64,000 bases of DNA from a virus (lineage: Duplodnaviria > Caudoviricetes), in IMG/VR virus record IMGVR_UViG_3300026432_000013, positions 12,180 through 76,179 of that record, one strand, 5' to 3'. The notes under the pieces are model-generated. The model worked only from the letters and a program-made list of their open reading frames with translations, was not told where the DNA came from and made no database searches. Below are positions 8,149-17,372 of the stretch, one piece after another. Within the stretch, counting starts at the first letter, position 1. Each line of letters opens with the position of its first letter. The position numbers and the translations under genes were made by a program.

Positions 8149-8330
8149 GGACGTTTTGTTACTCTAGCCTACTCTACTTGCTGACCCTATACGGATTTGG
8201 TGTGCTACCAATGTAACCTACTTAGCCCCACCAAGAAAAAATAAAAAAGGAAGAGATGCGGTTTCGCTATCTCTTCCCTAGTTCTTTTCCCTTATTGGAA
8301 TTGATTTTCTACCTAACCCCCATAGAAACC

Positions 8331-8588
8331 CTACGAATGTGGGTTATGCGGTGGGGCTACCATGTCTCTAATGTTAATATAGTGCTCTACCTCTGTAGCT
8401 GTAGTACCCTCTGCTGCATGGTTGTGCTGTACACATAGTGGGCAGGTAGGTAGCTCATCCTTATAGTGAGCTAGGAACGACCCATGCAGGTCACAGGGAT
8501 GTAGCTTCATACCCTTTGGTAGATACCTTACTACACCTTCCATACCAATCTGGTTAATAGACTTTTGTATATTATTAATAGTACTCAT
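8331..8588 (-). CDS. Hypothetical Cys/His-containing protein
   Basis: SD AGGAGGG; C..H and CPLC motifs. Confidence 0.65.
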   Translation of the reverse strand: MSTINNIQKSINQIGMEGVVRYLPKGMKLHPCDLHGSFLAHYKDELPTCPLCVQHNHAAEGTTATEVEHYINIRDMVAPPHNPHS

Positions 8589-8848
8589 TGTTATCCCTCC
8601 TAATACAAATAAAAATAGAGTATGGCTTGTCATTCTTGTACCATACTCTAAGCTATACTACTTATATAGATCCATATCCATCTGCTTACCTAGTGGTTGT
8701 GAGCTATCCACCTTACTGAATAGGTCATCCTTGTGTACTCTTCCTAGTACTCTGTTTCCCACTCGTAGCTCCACTATATCACCTTTACGTACCTTCTCTA
8801 GTTTCTCTCTATCCTTATCATCTCGTGTATACATGTGTAAGTACCTCC

Positions 8849-9562
8849 TTAGAATTGGCTATCTGATACTACTATTGTATCCTTGTCATCTCCATACTGC
8901 TCATCTACAGTCTTCTCATATTCCTCTAGTAGTTCTGGTGCATAGTTCTCATAGTATCCACGCTCTGCATCTAGTATTGCCTGTTCTAGTTCAGCATGCT
9001 TATCTTCTGGTAAGTATTTCATAACCACTTCTATGATAGCTTGGAACTTAGCTTGCTCTACTGCTCTCAGCTGGTCTAGACCGTAGCTAGTGAGTGCCCC
9101 ATGATTACCACCAGTTAATTTATGCTTTAGCTCTATAGCCTTCATAGCATCTTGTAGTTTAACTGTTGGGGAAGTGTATAAACTGTTCATACCAATCTGT
9201 ATGATACCGTCTAGTACTTCTAACTCACTCTTAACCATGTGCTTAGTATTTTGCAAAGCTATGGTGTTAAGTACTATAGGTTTACGCTTTGGCATCCCAA
9301 TACCTAGCATTCTCTCCACCGTTATCTGCTTTGTGATAGCTTCCTGTAGCATCTCTTTATATTCGTATAGTTTTGGGTGAGATATATTAAAGCCTCTCTC
9401 CTTACACCAGTCAGATACCTTATGAGGGGATACCCCTGTAAGCAGCATCTCATTAACCTCATCCCCATGTTCCCACTTTACTAGGCGCTCTAGCTTATGG
9501 TGTCTAGTTTCTAGCATTTCTGTGGATAGCTCTTCAATAGTGAGCTTCTTTCTATTCGTCAT
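8849..9562 (-). CDS. Hypothetical protein, possible N-terminal HTH (packaging role untested)
   Basis: 237-aa ORF with SD GGAGGT; no secure family. Confidence 0.7.
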   Translation of the reverse strand: MTNRKKLTIEELSTEMLETRHHKLERLVKWEHGDEVNEMLLTGVSPHKVSDWCKERGFNISHPKLYEYKEMLQEAITKQITVERMLGIGMPKRKPIVLNTIALQNTKHMVKSELEVLDGIIQIGMNSLYTSPTVKLQDAMKAIELKHKLTGGNHGALTSYGLDQLRAVEQAKFQAIIEVVMKYLPEDKHAELEQAILDAERGYYENYAPELLEEYEKTVDEQYGDDKDTIVVSDSQF

Positions 9563-9864
9563 AGTAGACTACCTCCAATGTTGTTGGGTGTAGGTATGGG
9601 TCTAATGCCATACTCTTCTGGTTTAAAATACTGTTGCTTAAGACAGTGTTCACACACATATCCTCTATCCTGTATCTCCGCTGTATTTAGATGTGTGAGT
9701 TTAGGTATTAACTTAAACCCTGCCGTATTAGTGCATACAATGCACGTAGGGGCAGTGCCTTGTTGTATACTGTTGAATTGTTTATCTATATAATCTCTGT
9801 CTGCTCCGTATGATGGGTCAGTACCTATCAGAGGTTTACTGATACTAAAGTTATCCTGTGACAT
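9559..9864 (-). CDS. Zinc-finger hypothetical protein
   Basis: CIVC..CEHC; start at MSQDNF (SD AAAGGAGAG). Confidence 0.7.
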   Translation of the reverse strand: MSQDNFSISKPLIGTDPSYGADRDYIDKQFNSIQQGTAPTCIVCTNTAGFKLIPKLTHLNTAEIQDRGYVCEHCLKQQYFKPEEYGIRPIPTPNNIGGSLL

Positions 9865-10230
9865 ATGGTTGTGGCACTCTCCTTTAGTAGTTTTATTGAT
9901 GGTTGATGCCATATCTTGGCTGTGTGTAAGTAGCAATTTGTAAGATAAGCAAAGTGAGTTGGAGTAGAAAAATTAGGTATGGTGCGCCTATAGGGGGCGG
10001 TACGGGTCACCCAAACGGGTGTTTGTGTACTGTATCACCAGTCATTCATACTATACCTGCTCATCTACATTAATAGAACTGTGATTCCCTATCTATTCTC
10101 CACACAGTATAACTTTGTGTTCGTGAGTGAGTACACTGGTACTCCCAGTTACTCTTTGTATGCTCCTATGCATACTTTCCCCACCCACACTATCCTGCCA
10201 CCAAGTGTCAACTAGGGTTACGCTACAGGT

Positions 10231-10312
10231 ATCCGCTGGTACCTCCCTACTCCGCTTTGCATCCGTATGGCTCCGCTGACACCTCCGCTATGCTCCGTTG
10301 ACATGCTCGGTA
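10231..10312. repeat. Seven short (C/A)TCCG(C/T)(T/A)-like repeats spaced about one helical turn apart
   Basis: Starts at 10231, 10250, 10261, 10271, 10283, 10293, 10306. Confidence 0.7.
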
Positions 10313-10831
10313 GCCCCTGTTGCCAGTTGTGTGAGATAGTGCTTATCTCAGCACCCCTTTGGGGCACATGCCCTAAATATCGTTTCTACTCAAATGATTC
10401 TCATAAATCCTATAGGATTCATCTCCTTAGTTTATTGATTTAGAAATAGGAGATTGAGAATGTTTGTGAGTGTAACGATATAAAGGCATACAAAAAAGAG
10501 AGTCCTTATATAAAAGAACTCTCTTCCTTGCATAGCAACTATAAAGGAGATGTACGCTTGATAGCAAGCTCTCCATGTGTGAAAACCCTAGTAAAACTAA
10601 GGTTTTCTAGCTCCGTTCTGGATGCTTGCTATCACAGTAAAGTGTGTGTCAGTGAGTACTGAACTAAACTTTACTTTTAATAACTGCTTCCTAACTGACG
10701 GTTACACATATAAACTATAGACAATTCAGTACATAATTCAAATGACAGAAAGTCATACCAAATAAAACGATTCTGGACACCATAACTTTTACACCGAAAT
10801 ACATCTGTGTATGGTTACCATTTCTATACAT

Positions 10832-10874
10832 AAAGAAAAGGCAGGAACACTCTAGAAAGAGTAGCCCTGCCTTT
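10832..10874 (-). terminator. Terminator of the Ig/LamG operon
   Basis: AAGGCAGGG..CCTGCCTT hairpin followed by TTCTTT at the stop codon. Confidence 0.7.
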
Positions 10875-11808
10875 AGGATTCGTAAGGTGTCCAGTTGCCT
10901 GCCATATCTTGTCCATAGATATTTATCTTGTTGATACCTTCTAATAGTTGGTCAGAATAGTATAGGTCAGTGGTAATGACTTCATTAGCAGTCTTGCTTG
11001 TACCTGTACTCAATAGTACACCCAATCCTTGCCCCATACCACCAGCTCTAAACTCATACTTCTGTACATCCTTATCGAACTTGAATGTAATCGTAGCCTT
11101 GTCTACACCTAACTTCTTACTCACAGTAGTCCTTGTTATGTTAGTGATAGTCACTAATGGTGCAGGATTGGTGAGTCCTATATCAGAGGAACTGTTATAG
11201 TTCTCTAATATTTGTGCAGGAGTAAGTGCTTTGTTGTACATTCTAGCTGCATGTATCTTACCATCGAACTGTTGACTAGCAGTACCACTAAGGAATGATG
11301 CACCAATGTACAGATTGTAGTTGTTCTTAGCGTAGTTACCCAAACCAGCCAGAGTACCAATCTTAACACCATTCATGTATACATCGCCTGCTCCACCAGT
11401 GTTGACTATTGCTAGCTGAGTCTTACCATCCATAACCACCTCAGCATTATACTGAACAGGTCTAGTAATAGCTCCCAGTGCATTCAATTGAGTACCTGAC
11501 TTAGCTAAGGCTAGCATTTCAAACCCTACACCGAACATAATCATTGTCATCTTAGATGTATCCTCTGGTCTCCTAAGAGAAAATACTATCTCCATAGTAG
11601 ACTGCCCTGTAGATAAGTTAATGCCTGGTACAGTAATATATCTAGGTGCTATGTTAACCACGCCATCCCCCTCGATGACTAGGTTACCCCCTGTAGGAAT
11701 CCCATCTAATGTTCCTACTGTAGCAGGAGCGATGTTCTTCCATAGAGTAGGGGTACAATCTTTCTGTGCATTCCAATATCCAATTAACCCATCTGTTATT
11801 ATGCCCAT
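10873..11808 (-). CDS. LamG/concanavalin-A-like plus C-terminal Ig-like putative virion protein
   Basis: LIGYWNA..W.N N-terminus; GDVYMNG..LYIGA..FDGKIHAARMYNKALTPAQILENY LamG signature; C-terminus resembles 12584..13261. Confidence 0.7.
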   Translation of the reverse strand: MGIITDGLIGYWNAQKDCTPTLWKNIAPATVGTLDGIPTGGNLVIEGDGVVNIAPRYITVPGINLSTGQSTMEIVFSLRRPEDTSKMTMIMFGVGFEMLALAKSGTQLNALGAITRPVQYNAEVVMDGKTQLAIVNTGGAGDVYMNGVKIGTLAGLGNYAKNNYNLYIGASFLSGTASQQFDGKIHAARMYNKALTPAQILENYNSSSDIGLTNPAPLVTITNITRTTVSKKLGVDKATITFKFDKDVQKYEFRAGGMGQGLGVLLSTGTSKTANEVITTDLYYSDQLLEGINKINIYGQDMAGNWTPYES

Positions 11809-11812
11809 ATGC

Positions 11813-12127
11813 TCACCAACGTCCTAAGAACTTAGTGTCGAACTGCTTACGCTTTAAGTTTGGATACCCTCCTGTTTCACTATACCATTCATATGTGATC
11901 ATTTGAGCCTTCTCTGGTAATATATAGTCATGATAATATGCACCCTCTATTCTCTGTGTTTTAGGTACATCGAACTCTTCTATTACCTTCTCTGTCTTAG
12001 TGTCCATGATACGGAACTTCACCATATCTGGCTCTACTATTTTGTTATTGTGGTCTCTAAATCTACACCAGAACCGTTGTGTATTACCTGTCTGGTAGAC
12101 TATAGCTCCCTCGTTCTTCTGTAACAT
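11813..12127 (-). CDS. Putative structural (Ig-like/baseplate-associated) protein
   Basis: ORF within the cassette, beta-rich. Confidence 0.6.
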   Translation of the reverse strand: MLQKNEGAIVYQTGNTQRFWCRFRDHNNKIVEPDMVKFRIMDTKTEKVIEEFDVPKTQRIEGAYYHDYILPEKAQMITYEWYSETGGYPNLKRKQFDTKFLGRW

Positions 12128-12128
12128 A

Positions 12129-12581
12129 TTACCACCCTCCTTCTTCTAGGGTAATCTTAGGTGTCACCCATACTTCCATTTCAACGATAGGCATCACACC
12201 TGTCTCTAGTTCAGTCAATGCTTGGTTACCCAACTCTAATTCTTGCTTATTAGCTAGAGCTGATGTACGTAGGTTTATTACTGATATAAATTCCTCTGAC
12301 ATATTGTCCACAACATCCTTTACCGTACAATAGATTCTACATGTACCCAGAGCCACACCAAGGAAGTTAGTTCTGTAAGTAATAGTGTCGTACTCCAATG
12401 TGCCAATGAGTGGATGACGAATACCAAGGCTATCTTCTAGATATAGACCTTGGTATTCAGCCAATTCTTCACTAGCTTTCACTATAATTTCAGTATTAAC
12501 TCCATAGATAGGTTGTCTAGGATGGATAAGTTCAATAGTTGGAGGTGTTGTATCTACAGTTATAGTGAAAAAGTTACCCAT
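12129..12581 (-). CDS. Ig-like domain protein
   Basis: MGNFFTITVDTTPP N-terminus parallels MANFFYITVDTVGP of the next gene. Confidence 0.6.
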   Translation of the reverse strand: MGNFFTITVDTTPPTIELIHPRQPIYGVNTEIIVKASEELAEYQGLYLEDSLGIRHPLIGTLEYDTITYRTNFLGVALGTCRIYCTVKDVVDNMSEEFISVINLRTSALANKQELELGNQALTELETGVMPIVEMEVWVTPKITLEEGGW

Positions 12582-12583
12582 AA

Positions 12584-13261
12584 TTATGCACTCCAGTTCC
12601 CTGCGGCATCCTTAACAAATACTTTGATACCTTTCTGTCCATCCCCAGAGCTAGCTACTAGTAAGTCATTTGTCTTAATAGTAACGTTGATAGGCACTGA
12701 AGAAGTATCGAATGTTCCTGTGCCAGAAGTATTAACAGAACCGTTAGTTGTAGGGATAGTAGTACCTGTGTTCTGTGCTGATGATGCATTAGCCACTACC
12801 TTAACTGCATACTCAGTAAATGGCTTGTCAGCAGAGAATGTAAATGTGTATCCATCTTTAGTAGCTTTCTTAGATACACGTACATCAGAAGCAACTGTAG
12901 TAACGTTAGGTAATGTTGCACTTAACTTAATACTATCGGAAGCTACTGCTGATTCATTGAGTACATCGTCTCGAATCTTAATATTGATAGTCTTATCTGC
13001 ATCACCAGGTGTTAGCTTAATCTGTTTCGTAAGTGTGTAGGAAATCCAGTTAGACGCTACCTCTGTATCCTGAATATCAGAATCATTAGCCTTGTCTACA
13101 TCTCCCCAAATCTTCATTTGGTATCCAACTGTACTAGCATCTGTTGTTCCTATAGCAACGTTTACAAGTTGTTTAGTAGTATATTGTGCTCCACTCTCTA
13201 TGCTAGCTGTAGGGTTAGCTGGACCAACAGTATCGACAGTAATATAGAAAAAGTTAGCCAT
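12584..13261 (-). CDS. Tandem Ig-like domain putative virion protein
   Basis: T/S/A-rich; ends with KVFVKDAAGNWS. Confidence 0.65.
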   Translation of the reverse strand: MANFFYITVDTVGPANPTASIESGAQYTTKQLVNVAIGTTDASTVGYQMKIWGDVDKANDSDIQDTEVASNWISYTLTKQIKLTPGDADKTINIKIRDDVLNESAVASDSIKLSATLPNVTTVASDVRVSKKATKDGYTFTFSADKPFTEYAVKVVANASSAQNTGTTIPTTNGSVNTSGTGTFDTSSVPINVTIKTNDLLVASSGDGQKGIKVFVKDAAGNWSA

Positions 13262-13262
13262 T

Positions 13263-13412
13263 CTATTCTACCTCCTTGATATTATCAGACACTACTCTGC
13301 TACCATCCTCAAGCTGTATTACATACTTGCCATTCTCACTGGCAACTAGGACTCCTGTGACTCTTACTCCGTCTACTATAGCTTCTACTACTCTCTTCTG
13401 TCCTTCCATCAT
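13263..13412 (-). CDS. Small hypothetical protein (49 aa)
   Basis: Start reassigned to MMEGQ (SD AGGAGGTG). Confidence 0.65.
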   Translation of the reverse strand: MMEGQKRVVEAIVDGVRVTGVLVASENGKYVIQLEDGSRVVSDNIKEVE

Positions 13413-13602
13413 GCACCTCCTAATGTTACCAACTATAAAGAAATATATGAAGTTTGGATACAATTTCAAACAAGAGAAATCGTTATCAAATCTAATAGGA
13501 AAGTTCTCGGAAAGGCAAACGGATTCGGGGGAAGTTCCCAATAGGAGAATGATTGGGAACTTCATTAGAAAGTTTTGTAGGAGGGGAAAGGAGACGGAGG
13601 AC

Positions 13603-13631
13603 AAAAAGAAAAGGACTCCCGTAGGAGTCCT
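13603..13631 (-). terminator. Intrinsic terminator
   Basis: AGGACTCCTACGGGAGTCCT followed by TTTCTTTTT. Confidence 0.85.
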
Positions 13632-14043
13632 AGTATGGTAGTATACTGTTCTTAAATCCACGTTCACTTTCAGGGGTTCTAGCAATGTAGAATGTGTGGT
13701 TAGAGTTATAGAACCTCTCATTAGGGTTATCTACTAGTTTCCCATACCATTCATCTAGCATGCCATCACGGAAACCAAAGTTAGCCATATTGTCTTCTAG
13801 TTCCTCTGCAAAGAAGGCTGCTACTCTAATCTCTCTACCATTTCTCCCTACCTTATAGACAGAATACTCTGGTTTCATTATCTTAGGGTCACTTAACGGT
13901 GCGAAGCGTACAACGAATGCCTTACCAAAACGCTCCATGCATAACTCCCTTACCTCACCATTATGTATACGAATGAATCGCACTTCACAGTTATCATTAA
14001 GCATCTTCTGTATAGCCTCATCGTTATTTGTTGATGCCAACAT
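13630..14043 (-). CDS. Hypothetical protein
   Basis: ORF in operon. Confidence 0.7.
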   Translation of the reverse strand: MLASTNNDEAIQKMLNDNCEVRFIRIHNGEVRELCMERFGKAFVVRFAPLSDPKIMKPEYSVYKVGRNGREIRVAAFFAEELEDNMANFGFRDGMLDEWYGKLVDNPNERFYNSNHTFYIARTPESERGFKNSILPY

Positions 14044-14308
14044 TGCTATCCGCCCTTCCCATAATGGATTCTATGTGACCACACTCATCGCACTTGTAGT
14101 TAGCTTTCATGAATACTAGCTCTGTACTAGTGTCTACCCTCTCCCAATCACTTACACGAGTCATACGTTCATGTTCACACTCCATATATAGTTCCTTCTC
14201 TAGAGTGGATAGTTCCTTAGACATCTCTGTCTCATTCTTCTTAGTCTCTTCTATCATGTGTCGTAACTCAAGTACCCTCTTTAACTTAGCATCTTTAACT
14301 GTATTCAT
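14024..14308 (-). CDS. Coiled-coil plus Zn-ribbon protein
   Basis: Heptad N-terminus; CEH..CDECGH. Confidence 0.7.
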   Translation of the reverse strand: MNTVKDAKLKRVLELRHMIEETKKNETEMSKELSTLEKELYMECEHERMTRVSDWERVDTSTELVFMKANYKCDECGHIESIMGRADSNVGINK

Positions 14309-14323
14309 AAAGCTTGTCCCCCT

Positions 14324-14584
14324 TTATTTTATGAGCCTAGTAGTAACCATCTCAGTGACATCAACCACTAGAGTAGTATCAATAATATCTCTATCGGACT
14401 TCCTCTGCTCCCAATCAGGAGTAATACTAACTACCTTCTGGTCTTTACCATCCTTAAACTTTAGTACAACCTCATCAAAATTACCACTATTGTCATCATG
14501 TATAATTATCTCTGCATCTACTAACTCTAGACCTTTAATCATGTTTAGCAAATTAGCAAACTTTCTAGAAGATACTACTACCAT
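14324..14584 (-). CDS. Hypothetical protein
   Basis: ORF coupled to the upstream gene. Confidence 0.65.
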   Translation of the reverse strand: MVVVSSRKFANLLNMIKGLELVDAEIIIHDDNSGNFDEVVLKFKDGKDQKVVSITPDWEQRKSDRDIIDTTLVVDVTEMVTTRLIK

Positions 14585-15006
14585 TAGTTAATCACCTCTT
14601 CCACGTCTACTACCTGTACTCCTGGTGCAAACTCGCTATTGGCTTGTACCACCATATAAACCTCTGCTTTCAACACTGGTTCTAGGTTCATTAAGGCTAA
14701 CACCAGTTCCCTAGAGAATATCTCAGCATGTACGATTATAACATCAGGTACTGCTCCAAATACAGGGATCATACCCTTTACTACTGCCATCTCTGGGTTA
14801 CTGGAGGTATCTGGTCTAATGGAGGTGACCATGAAGTTATCTTTATGCTCTGATAACTCACGTTTAGCAGCTCCAAAGCGCTCCCCTAGTTCATCTGCTA
14901 GGCTTGTCACAATCAAAGTAGCCTTACCCTCAACTGCCTTCTCCTTAGCGATATCAATTACCCTCTGGCTCTTACCAGACGCCACCTTACCAATGATTAG
15001 TTTCAT
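14584..15006 (-). CDS. Small P-loop protein
   Basis: N-terminal LIIGKVASGKS Walker A; no clear Walker B. Confidence 0.6.
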   Translation of the reverse strand: MKLIIGKVASGKSQRVIDIAKEKAVEGKATLIVTSLADELGERFGAAKRELSEHKDNFMVTSIRPDTSSNPEMAVVKGMIPVFGAVPDVIIVHAEIFSRELVLALMNLEPVLKAEVYMVVQANSEFAPGVQVVDVEEVIN

Positions 15007-15007
15007 A

Positions 15008-15310
15008 TTATTTCTCTCCCTCTTGTAGTTTTTTCATATATAGCTTATAAATCTTAGATACTTTAGATACACTAGACCCGCTAGAAAACCCTACGATTCG
15101 TACTGCTGGGTTGTGAGCATGTTCTAAATTCTCGTTGTATGTATTGCGTAGAAAGTTAAGTCTTGCAGTAAAGTTTTCCTTAGGGTCAATAATAAGCTGT
15201 GGTGCTGGGTGCTCTGGCATCACCACTAATAGAGACATCCATTCTGCTCCCTCTAACATTGCTGAACGTATACACACAATCAAGTCTTCTTTACTATTTT
15301 CTAGTTTCAT
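15008..15310 (-). CDS. Conserved phage hypothetical protein
   Basis: MP..P.IIDP.EN..RL...TY.ENL.H..N..RIVGF pattern recalled from Bacillus phage proteins. Confidence 0.7.
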   Translation of the reverse strand: MKLENSKEDLIVCIRSAMLEGAEWMSLLVVMPEHPAPQLIIDPKENFTARLNFLRNTYNENLEHAHNPAVRIVGFSSGSSVSKVSKIYKLYMKKLQEGEK

Positions 15311-15497
15311 CTAATCCCCTCCAGAGTTCATTATGCTCCTTTATCTGTCTAGCCTGTTCTCTGATGATATCTTCTTGCCTTCTTACCTGTATTTCTAGTT
15401 CTCTTATTCTACCTCGGTGTTCCTTGATAATCTTGTCCTTATGCCTATTATCTTGCTTGACTCTACCATATGCAATGCCTACTCCCCTACTATTCAT
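15294..15497 (-). CDS. Small coiled-coil protein
   Basis: ORF with SD AAAAGGGGAGAGG. Confidence 0.6.
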   Translation of the reverse strand: MNSRGVGIAYGRVKQDNRHKDKIIKEHRGRIRELEIQVRRQEDIIREQARQIKEHNELWRGLDETRK

Positions 15498-15574
15498 ATT
15501 CCTCTCCCCTTTTAACTCAGAGCCTTAGACTCTCTATAATACTCACCCCCTAAGGGGCAAGCATCTAACAAAGT

Positions 15575-15835
15575 CTACTTCTTCTCCATACCACGTATCA
15601 CATTAATCTCTAATGCTATCCACAATAAACCAAAAGTGACTACTACTGCTACATGTCGTATCATTTGCATAATTGACTCACTAGACAATTGGGTAGCCTG
15701 CATAGCAGACTGTGCATCTTCTACCCTGGTGTTATAAATATCAATCATATCTTTCACATTACCCAAGTAGATAAATAACATCAGTATAGATGCTGCTCGT
15801 ATTGCCCATGGAATATACTTGATGAAGCCTTTCAT
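15575..15835 (-). CDS. Two-TM membrane protein
   Basis: Hydrophobic segments at both ends. Confidence 0.65.
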   Translation of the reverse strand: MKGFIKYIPWAIRAASILMLFIYLGNVKDMIDIYNTRVEDAQSAMQATQLSSESIMQMIRHVAVVVTFGLLWIALEINVIRGMEKK

Positions 15836-15837
15836 AA

Positions 15838-16020
15838 CTATACCCCCATAAGTTTTGTCTGGTCATTCAACTGGTTGCGAAGGGTATAGAGGTTAGCTTT
15901 AGCTTGTTGTTTGGCTTGGTCATCTTTAGACTGCATAGCATCAAATAAAGCCTGTAACTGGTAATCAATATCTATCTTAATCACATTCAACTTTACTACA
16001 GCTTCTCTTCTCCCTTTCAT
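15838..16020 (-). CDS. Hypothetical protein
   Basis: SD AAAAGGAG. Confidence 0.6.
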   Translation of the reverse strand: MKGRREAVVKLNVIKIDIDYQLQALFDAMQSKDDQAKQQAKANLYTLRNQLNDQTKLMGV

Positions 16021-16098
16021 AGAACACACTCCTTTTTATATTAGACTATGTGTGGTCTCTTGATGTTAGAACCAAATATTGTGTATCCTCACCAGTTG

Positions 16099-16290
16099 TC
16101 AAACATCTCTACTGCTCCACTTCTTGACTACTAAACTCTCCAACGTACTCTCATGCTCTGACCTAGTAATATTACGAAACACTTTGTTCTGTACTCGCTT
16201 CAGCAAAGTCTTATAGCCGTGCTTATTCTTCCTCATGGCTTCACTTACTTCTAGCTGAAAAGCTATCAAAGTGTCCTTACGCTTCCCCAC
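16099..16290 (-). CDS. Small basic protein
   Basis: GTG start (SD AAAGGGGGTGAG), MGKRKDT... Confidence 0.55.
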   Translation of the reverse strand: MGKRKDTLIAFQLEVSEAMRKNKHGYKTLLKRVQNKVFRNITRSEHESTLESLVVKKWSSRDV

Positions 16291-16447
16291 AGGTCTCACC
16301 CCCTTTAGGGGACTAGCTATTGAATAATCTACGGAATAGTGAGAAAGGAGACAGGACGGGGTTACGTCCTGACTTCTCATAGTAGTGATAGTTACGTAAT
16401 GCTCTAGCTAATCCACCCATAATATTGTTATCCATAATAATTTCCTC

Positions 16448-16702
16448 CTACTCCAACGTATCTTTACGTTTATCTATGCAACTGTTACAGGCAACCTTAC
16501 CTGCATTGTCTACTTCCTTACCACAATACTTGCACTCTTCAGGTAAGTCATCGTGCATCCACTTATCTGAACCATTCTCATCTAAGCCTTCTCTAACTTG
16601 CTTAATTGTACCCTCTTCGTAGTTGACTTCTAATACTAGTCTACCCTTTACAGGAATACCCCTCATTCTACGAAAATGCATAATCATTTGGTCAGCCATC
16701 AC
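16448..16702 (-). CDS. Hypothetical protein with C-terminal CxxC..CxxC
   Basis: CKYC..CNSC; SD AAGGAGG. Confidence 0.65.
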   Translation of the reverse strand: MMADQMIMHFRRMRGIPVKGRLVLEVNYEEGTIKQVREGLDENGSDKWMHDDLPEECKYCGKEVDNAGKVACNSCIDKRKDTLE

Positions 16703-16704
16703 AG

Positions 16705-17004
16705 TTACCTCCTTAGTAGGTTCTCTTGACTACGAGCATATTCCACTAACGCTGGATACTTTCTATAAAAGTCAGATACAAACTTGATAGCTGACTCCCC
16801 ATCTGGTAAACCTGTAGCCTTTAATACTGTTTCTATCTCACTAGCTAACATCTGGTCAAAAAGGTCACCCTTAACTGGTACTGATGCTACTCCCTTACGA
16901 CTACTCTTAGCTGTAAACTCAATCACGTTTGTCATACAGACACTCTCCTTTGGATTAATAAAACGAGGACGATTAAATTGTTCTCTTCTCGGTATTAACG
17001 TCAA
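16705..17004 (-). CDS. Hypothetical protein
   Basis: ORF in operon; start uncertain. Confidence 0.55.
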   Translation of the reverse strand: MTLIPRREQFNRPRFINPKESVCMTNVIEFTAKSSRKGVASVPVKGDLFDQMLASEIETVLKATGLPDGESAIKFVSDFYRKYPALVEYARSQENLLRR

Positions 17005-17353
17005 CTATTACGTCACCTAGACACTCATAATAACTTTTCAATAGCTCTACAGAAATTTCTACGTCCCTTACGCATCCACATTTGACAACCTCTTCTGTAT
17101 CAGGAAGTATCTCATCAGTTAGTTTTATAAGGTAATGACCTTCAGGCATCTCTATAACATTAAGCCACTTAGGGGCTTCATACTTTCCAGGTTTAAGGTC
17201 AACCCATTCCCAGTTATCATGGATAGGGGTACCGATGTTCTTCCAGTACCCGTGCTCTGTCCACTTACGCTTACGATGATCATACTGCTTACGTAAATCT
17301 CGCTCATAAGCCTTCCCACCCAACCGTCTAAAGAAATCTCCAAAGAGACCCAT
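16973..17353 (-). CDS. Hypothetical protein
   Basis: SD GGAGGTGGGG. Confidence 0.65.
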   Translation of the reverse strand: MGLFGDFFRRLGGKAYERDLRKQYDHRKRKWTEHGYWKNIGTPIHDNWEWVDLKPGKYEAPKWLNVIEMPEGHYLIKLTDEILPDTEEVVKCGCVRDVEISVELLKSYYECLGDVIVDVNTEKRTI

Positions 17354-17372
17354 AGACCCCCACCTCCTATGT

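Noticed and set aside
10400-10480. Tiny peptides MFVSVTI (+) and MNPIGFMRII (-)
   Set aside because: Too short, and the SD spacing of the minus-strand one is poor; could be chance.
13263-13721. 152-aa ORF as listed in the track
   Set aside because: The upstream part crosses a terminator and a non-coding hairpin; only the 49-aa SD-led portion is supported.
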